This document shows positions 56,187 to 64,000 of a DNA stretch of 64,000 nt, piece by piece. The notes beneath the pieces were generated by a model. The model worked only from the letters and a program-made list of their open reading frames with translations, was not told the origin of the DNA and searched no databases. Source of the DNA: Azolla caroliniana (taxonomy: Eukaryota; Plantae; Polypodiophyta); contig JBHGNT010000030.1 in the NCBI GenBank assembly GCA_043228905.1, positions 124,001 through 188,000 on the forward strand, in the 5' to 3' direction. The position numbers and the translations under genes were made by a program. Numbering within the stretch: position 1 is the stretch's first letter; the number at the start of each line of letters is the position of its first letter.

Positions 56187-58204
56187 TCTACTACGGTCTA
56201 CCTGTCAATTGTTGCCATCTCAACATTGTGCCCCTTTTCCATAGCTACCTTCCATGCCTTGCTCAATACACTCCATACACATTTAGTACATTAAGTAACT
56301 TAAGTCATCTTAATCAAATAGCTTAGAAATATTAGTAAAATCTAGGGCAAGTATAATCAACATTCCTTGGTTTGATGTTGATCTCAAAATTTGTTCACAA
56401 AGTGAACAATACCACATTACTATTGATTCAAAAAACACTAGGAAATCATTCACGATATGTACTCCCATGACACTGGGAAACCATCTCAACTTCATGTCCC
56501 TCTGCCATTATGTCTTCAAGGAACTTTACCCCCATAAGAACAAATGCATATTTGGCATCTTCAATCATTTGGCTCAATAAGTCATTATAGGTGTTTATGT
56601 CTTAGTGTTGTCTTGAAGAACACCTCTACATCAGACAATGTAGGCATATATGGCATTTTGATCCACTTGCCTTAAAGAATACATAATAGTTGTTGAAGAC
56701 CTTAAAGTTTTTATTATTGTTTGTGTCTATCTAAGTGTGCCCTATATTTGTCTAAGATCTTAGTGTTTTCATTATTGTTTGTATCTACCTAGTTTTGCCT
56801 CTCAACTACATTATGTTGTATCATTTTTTTATCCCTTGCACATTGGTTCCATTAACACGATGGCATGGATTGTAAAAGTTACAATAATTTGATTACCAAC
56901 AAATAATTGAATACATTTTCAAATGAAATATATACTTCCTATTAAAAAAATATCTCGATGTGCAAGAATAATATAAAAATTCTCATAGATGATCAAGTGT
57001 GTTGACTTAGCATTAGACAACCTTATTTTCACGTAACAGTACCTTATAGAAAACATATTGTTCCATTATCCATATACCACCTACAATAAACAACGACAAC
57101 CTAGGTGGTATACATAAGGATGCCATTTCAAACAAGACTTCAATTGCAAAGACAAATTAGGCGCACTTCTTTTTTTAGCTTTTTCTTAAGAAAGAACCAG
57201 AATTATTGTACACATGGTTGTGAGATCATGTATAATGTCATTGGCCGATATTGTGTCTACCTTTGCAAGTTACAACAATTACAAAGTGAATTTGGCGTGC
57301 TTGACATTTAAATTAGATATATGTGCTAAATGAATTAACCTATTTATAAGAAGATCACATAATTATAAGTTCACAATGATGTTATAAAATTTCTTTGTTT
57401 ATTCTTGATGACCTAAGATTATCTCACATTGTATTTATATTTTCAGAGTAAAAATAATAGACTTGCAAGTAATCTTCCATCAATTTTGCTACATCGGAAT
57501 ATAAATTCATGTAATGTATTTCTCCTCAAATTCCAAATAGTCTCTCTCTCTCTCTCTCTCTAAAAGCACACAATTATATTAATTGTATGTAAAATCCACA
57601 GTTACAACACTTCTTGGTCTCCTCTACCTAACTATCTTATGTAGGGAGAGGGACGTCATGTAATGCCATTAGAAAACCTAAATATGCATTTGAGGAAATG
57701 ATCTCCACATGCTCTAACATCCAGAAATTCCACATAAGAATATCTTTCAACTTCCTCATATAAGCTTTCTCTCTCTCATACCCTTAGATCATCCCATATG
57801 GCATTGATATTTTCAGGAAAAATAATACACTTGCTAGTAATCTTCCATCAATTGTATTACATTGAAATATAAATTTATGCTTATTCATGTAATGTATTTT
57901 TTCTAAGACAATTTTTTGTCAGAATGTCTTTCACTCGTTGTAATTAACTTACCACAATGGTAAGTTGTTAGAATACTAATCCTAAGTCTTGGAGACAACT
58001 AGTAAACAATGAAGACTCATTTTATTTCAGAGCACCCGCACCTAATATCGTGATTACTTTCTTGGAACCATTGATTCAAACTTGTGTAATCCTCAATAGT
58101 GTTACTAAAATATCCTAATCAACAAATTATTCAGACTCAAAATTATTTGGATGTAGTAGACTATAACAAAGCCTAAAAATTAATGTGTATTTGAGTTCTA
58201 GATA

Positions 58205-58683
58205 CTGAAGATGCCACTATGGAATGCAAGGATTGAACACATAACCTTGATCAACAAATAAAGTTATTTGGACAAAGAAGACAATAATGCAGCCCAAAAA
58301 TTAACGTGTATTCGAGTTGTAAGTACGAAGATGCCAATGTGGAATGTAAGGGTTGAACGCATAACCTTATGGTCTACATCGAACAACCTTACCAGCTAAG
58401 CTACATCCGGGTCGAGTCCACACGTTTCCTCTTAATTTATGAGATACCAATTAGGAACCTACGGGTTGAACACATGAACTTTCTAGAATTTAAGTGTTGA
58501 CCACATGATCTTTTAATCTCCATCGAACAACCTTACCAACTAAGCTACATCCATAACTCAACTTTCTCTTTCTATAATCCATAAATTTTCTCTTAATTTA
58601 CACAATGCCACAATGGAATGCACAAGTTGAACAAATGACCTTCTAGTCTCCATCAAACAACCTTACCAACTTAGCTACATCCA
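58205..58683 (-). repeat. Tandem cluster of degenerate tRNA-like (SINE-head-like) units
   Basis: Minus-strand units GGATGTAGCTTAG(C/T)TGGTAAGG...GTTCAAC...CATTCC, with A-box- and B-box-like motifs, at ~58330-58408, ~58443-58552 and ~58604-58683, plus a partial unit at ~58205-58247. Confidence 0.6.
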
Positions 58684-59219
58684 ATTGGGCTCTCTCTCTC
58701 TCTCTCATACCCCAAGATATCACCTCCCCTTATTATCTATGTTTGTTTTTTGTACCTCATTTATACCCCCTACTACCTAGACTCTAGTTATTGTATGATA
58801 GAACAACAAATTCATTTTGGCTTTTTCAAAAAACAACCCATATTTCGAGAATGTCACTTTAACATTTTCAAAATGTGTCTCATGTTCTAAGAATCCCGAG
58901 AATATAAAATATGATTATCATCTTTTTGTTCTTTTCCAAGAATAGGACTTTGGTTCGAAACCACTTATTTCAGCATTTCTCTAAATGGTCATTAGAAACT
59001 TAGGACGTTGATCTCTTAACGTTCTTGTATGTGGTTCTCTTTCTTATCATCTCTATAATCTATCTTTCAAGTCCTAGAGACGGTTTGCCTTAGGGGATGT
59101 ATAGAAACTTAAACTCTCATAGAAGGGTTTTTTGGATCACATTGGCTATGTTATTGGGCTCATAGATCTCTCTCTCTCTCGCTCTCTCTCAATGTGTGTG
59201 TGTGTGTGTACAACTAAAC

Positions 59220-59453
59220 TATTATGGTTAATTAGCTCAATATTGGCTAAGTTATATAACACAATTATCGAACAAAAGATTAGCTCATGGTGGGTTGTTC
59301 ATTACAAACAAGCACTTAAATTATATAGATTGGAATGTCATGAGAGTACAAAGTTGTGTAACATGATTGTATGAGCAATTTATGTGCCAATTGAAAACAA
59401 ATAGTGTTTTCACGAACTACTTCTTGAGCAAGATAAGAGTCAAGCAAGGTTGT

Positions 59454-59528
<75 letters not shown>

Positions 59529-60590
59529 TTGGTCTATGCATTGATAAACTAGGAGAATAGTAAACGAGATTGCAAAAGAAGAAGGATTTGATGACCCAAA
59601 ATGCACACATGCAAGAGCTTATTTTTATATTCCTATATGCCAATGATGTTGTGTTATTCTCATATACTTTTGATGATATGCAACACCTGCTTGATGTATT
59701 GGAAGCATTTTGTAAATTAGCGGACTAATTGTTAACATGGACAAACAGAACAAGTCATTGCCCCACTTTTACATACAAGGGAGAACCATTACAAGTGGTG
59801 TAAAGGTTTGAATATCTTCGTATTAATGTCCCATGGACAAATAGGTAGAATGTATGCTATAAGTCTAGACTTCAAGCGGGTCGAAATAACAAATATATGT
59901 TTGAGAATAAATGCAACCAACTTGATACTCAAGGATGGGAGGTGAGGTTGGTGATATTCAATGTTGTGGTGATATGCCCCATTACATATTGCCAATTTAG
60001 GTAAGGAACATAGGATGAAAGGTACAAAAAACTAATAAGAGTAAAAGTCTTGATTTGGTTGGGTTCTTGAGATTATGTAATGGTTTAAAAATGGGGAGTA
60101 AAAGATCTATTCAACTCATAGATGATGCTATGAACTATGTGTTCATCGAGGATAGATTAATATAGGCACTAAGAATGAAGTGCCAAGATAAGAGTCAAAA
60201 TTAAATATTGCACTGCAAATGTTGACCCCAATACAAGGTAAAAATGTCAAAGCGTATCAAACCACATCTTACTATCCCCATGAGCCTTAACATTTATTCG
60301 AACACACTCACACAAGTTAGATGTTGAGGTGGCATCATGGCATCATCATGCTAGTACTAAGATATGCAATATATGCAATGGAAACCTAGTGGAGGATGAA
60401 TATCTCTTACTTCTAGCAAGCTCAACATATAAGGTAATTCACGAGAAGTATGATGACTTTCTAGACAAGGATTGTTTAAGTGTCATACTAAAATCACCAC
60501 CATGAAAAGTCAACACATACATGCATGCATTATTTTCACATTGTATTGAAAAAGCATGTCATATCCTATGTTTAGGCTTCTTAAGTCCAC
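59220..60590 (+). mobile_element. Degenerate RTE/RTE-X-like LINE fragment
   Basis: LAKLYNTIIEQKIS, MYEQFMCQLK, RVKQGC..TLFG, LYANDVV, EDEYL. Same family as the two intronic copies. Confidence 0.8.
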
Positions 60591-60989
60591 ATTAAATGCA
60601 ACCTACCTGCAACTTCATCAGCAAATAGCCTTAGGTTATCTTGGGCTGCAATGGACAATGGTCCAACCCATACGGTTGCGGATTGGTTAAAGTTTTTGTA
60701 TCAGATCACAGTGCCAACTTTGCAGTTCAATCATTTTCAGAGTTGGTACGGTATGTTTTCGACACTCAATATACTTATAAGAGCTCATTTATATCATCAA
60801 AATGGCAACCTCTATTTTTATGAAGTTCTAGACAATGGTAGGTTGATATTAGTGGAGGAGTCCCCAATTATGTTCACTGCAAAGCAGTGCGAGTGCGAGT
60901 AATTGTTAGATTAGATAATAATAATAATAATAATGATCGATCATAATCCATTAATTGGTAACTACTCATCTCATATTTGGGTTTTACAC

Positions 60990-61830
60990 TTTAGGCCAAA
61001 TGTTGATTTGTAGTGGGATCCATTTGATTATGGTTGGAAGTTGTCCATGTCTAACACTTCGCAAACTAAGGTCCTTCCATTCTTCACATATTCGGTGGTG
61101 TTTAGTAGAAACTTTATGTTGAATTAGATTGAGTCGGTACCTGCTGGAAAAAAGTATTGGGAGGAAGGTAATGTGTCATCTTCTCATATGGTGATGTTTT
61201 GGAAACAATTTTGGTCAATTAAGTGTATGAACAAGATATTGCACTTTCGATGGTTGATGATTCATTACGCATTGCCAGTAGGAGAATTGCTAAGGGGATT
61301 AGTGCCTGATCAATCATGTGTTATGTGTGGGTCTGCATCTTAGACATTGCATCATGTATTTTGGGAATGTGTTGCCGCTAAACGTTTTTGGTTTCAAGTT
61401 CTCGCCACTTGATGCCACTATCATATACATTTGGAAATGTGACTTCACCAACAACAAAACTTTAATTTCAATCAATTTACGATACATTTGTTTGCATAGA
61501 AATACTGAGATTTTGCTCCTGAATAACCAATCTTTCCACTATTCATATGCCATTGTTTCTTAATCATGGCAACAACAATCAACAATTGATAATGATTGCC
61601 AAATGTAATCATATCCAAAAGGCACATGGAGCTTGATATGTGTTGCTTCGTTGTTAATGATTTACCTATTTTGAAGGCCATTATCGCATGGCACTAAAAT
61701 ACCATTTTGTACAAATCTCTCTCTTTTGTGTGAACAAGTTTCTATGGCCCTCTAAGTGTGATAAATAGAGAGTAGTAATTTAATGTGATAAATGGGTTGG
61801 CCATGATTGTTTTTAACAACCTAATATAAT
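60990..61830 (+). mobile_element. Degenerate L1-like LINE 3' fragment (zf-RVT region)
   Basis: KILHFRWLMIHYALPVGE..CVMCG..HHVFWEC..KRFW at ~61233-61392. Boundaries are approximate. Confidence 0.65.
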
Positions 61831-62325
61831 AATGGAAAAAAAGTGGTTCTTTACTAGCATTAAACATTATATGTATCTATATATCTATCTATCGCGAAAG
61901 AGCAAATGAACTAAAGCTCCAGTTTTTTCATTTCCTATGTTGTAATTCAGCTTCAACACTGCTAGTATATCATACCTTTTGTTTTTTTCCATTGTTTCTT
62001 TGTGACAATTAACTATTTATCGATTCTCCACTTGTCTTCAAACTACATATGCAGTTGATGAGATACTTGCCCAAACAACAGGCAATCAAATGGGGTAGAC
62101 AAAGGGAGATTGGGGAAACATCGGAAACTAACACACATTTGATAGCACTAAACACACATTTGGTAGCACTAAGCAACAATCAACCAATGTTTGGGAATCT
62201 TCCTTTATTGATTTTAATATGATTTCATAATTGGTTTATTATTATTGAAGCATTACTCTATTAATATATCAATGCAAACATATCTAACTAAAACATGGCT
62301 ATCTATCTTTTCAGTCCAGCTTAGT

Positions 62326-63972
62326 CTACATACATATCTCATCGATGATGGCCTTCAACCCACTTTTGTAGCTTGGATACAGCAACTCAATTTGTAGCTC
62401 ATCTTTCATGCGTTTGTTATCAACCTTCTTCTCTGCTCTCTGGTAAGGAACATATGAACCAGAAACTTTCGCATCCCCAATTTCCACATATTGTAACTTA
62501 GAAGGCCATGTCTCATTTATTAGCATTCTAGCATATGAGAAGACTTCAGCACGCGAAGCAGGGTCATCATCCACAACATTGTAAATCCTCCTATTGGCAA
62601 TTAAACAAAAAATTCAGCATTACCCTGGATGACAGATAATTAATGAATGGAGTCCGTCTCGCCACGCCAGAGTATGATATTATGGAGTCTAGGAATACTA
62701 TGTTTACAAATTATGATATGATAGTAGTTCAAAGGGATTTGGTGCGAGATCATTGGAAACTTGGATGAGCTTCACCATCATGTCAATAACCTATTAGCTT
62801 TTCTAGGTATGCTGGTTACTATTTAAGCTTATTAGCTATAGTGTTCACATGACAAAGGTTACCCTCCAGAATGATGAATATCACACATGAAAACATATAA
62901 TTAAGAGGTGTGTATGAAATTTAACAAAAAGAAAAAAGTGTTGCTATTTCTTTACCCAGAAACTGGTGATTCGATGCTCGCCATTAACACTCTGCAAATA
63001 TCTTTAACATGGATGCGAGATGTGTGTTGCCGTGTTTCTCTACTGTGTTGTTTCATGGACAGTTCACTAGAACTAAGAATAGTGTTGATTGCACTGCAAA
63101 GAATGACATGTTTTAACAAGTTACGAATTTGCATCCATACAAGGATTTGATCAAAACTAGGAAGCATGATGATATGTAATGCATCAGACATAGATTTAAC
63201 CTGTTAGCACCCATTTATAATAAATAATAATAATTTGATATACGACCAAAAGGAAATAATATAGTGCCGAATTTTCACCAAATGGTTGTTTTCAAGGTTT
63301 ATATAATGAACATAAAATAAAAGGTCACCTTCTTCCAGGACCGTATATTCCTCCGAGGCGGAACACCTGAACACAACTACCTGTCTCGGCACCTAATTGT
63401 AGCCATGCTTCCTCTGCTTCCCGCCTTGCAACGCCCCGCTTATTAACTGGATTAGTTCGTGTACTATCCAATTGAAAAAACCAGAAACACACTTAATTTT
63501 CATCATATACTTAATATATTAATTTAAATGTATATTTCATTTTATATGTATTAAATATTAGACTGCCTTTTTTCTTTCCACCAAGAACTCACTTTTCATT
63601 AACCCATGCACCTCCATGATCACCGTATACACCTGAAAAATATAAACACCACAGTATCACACAAACAAGAAATTACAATTTATGGAACATAAAAGATAAG
63701 GTAAATAAGAAAATAAGCATTAATATACCAGTTGATGACAAGTAGCCTATCCAACGTAGATTTTTAGACATGGCTAAATCAGCAATATGATTTCTGTACA
63801 TTGACAAAACCTTCATTGATCAAGGTCTTAGTGCAAAAGATAAAGCTGAGAAATAGCTAGAACAAAGCACTAAGGTTAGGTTTTACAAACTGGATCCTTG
63901 TCAAAATCAGCCACTGGAGGTATTGTTGTGACAATATGAGTTGCATTACTCAGTGCAAGTATTCCTTCATCA
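62326..63972 (-). CDS. YeeZ-like NAD(P)-dependent epimerase/dehydratase (atypical SDR), 3' exons; the gene continues beyond the window
   Basis: Exons approx. 63891-63972, 63729-63810, 63573-63632, 63329-63463, 62956-63100, 62326-62591. Motifs THIVTTIPP, WIGYLSSTGVYGDHGGAWV, FRLGGIYGPGR, SRIHVKDI, IYNVVDDDPA, EKKVDNKRMK..YPSYKSGL. Confidence 0.9.
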
Positions 63973-64000
63973 CTGAAATATCCAAAATAAACTGATATAG

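Overview
Eukaryotic nuclear DNA from a land plant, most likely a non-seed plant. This is inferred from the retroelement types and gene/intron style; the species cannot be determined from the sequence. Positions 1-14 kb are a nested retroelement stack: the 3' end of a Ty1/copia, two tRNA-Trp-primed Ty3/gypsy elements, two related solo LTRs, and a LINE split in two. Positions 20-29 kb hold a decayed gypsy interrupted by an RT-less copia (which itself carries a solo LTR) and by a hAT MITE. Five host genes lie on the minus strand: an intronless LISCL-type GRAS factor, an 11-exon ethanolamine kinase, a 7-exon Rab7/RabG3 GTPase, Rubisco activase (RCA) and the 3' part of a YeeZ-like NAD(P)-dependent epimerase. 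The most striking observation is the RCA gene. Its last intron can splice in frame onto a 249-aa, cysteine-free, acidic, repeat-containing C-terminal extension that ends in an amphipathic helix, in place of the usual short redox-regulated tail. Also notable are a conserved -1 frameshift slippery site plus predicted pseudoknot between protease and RT in both gypsy elements, and 4-bp CpG-centred target sites for that gypsy family. All exon and element boundaries were read by eye.
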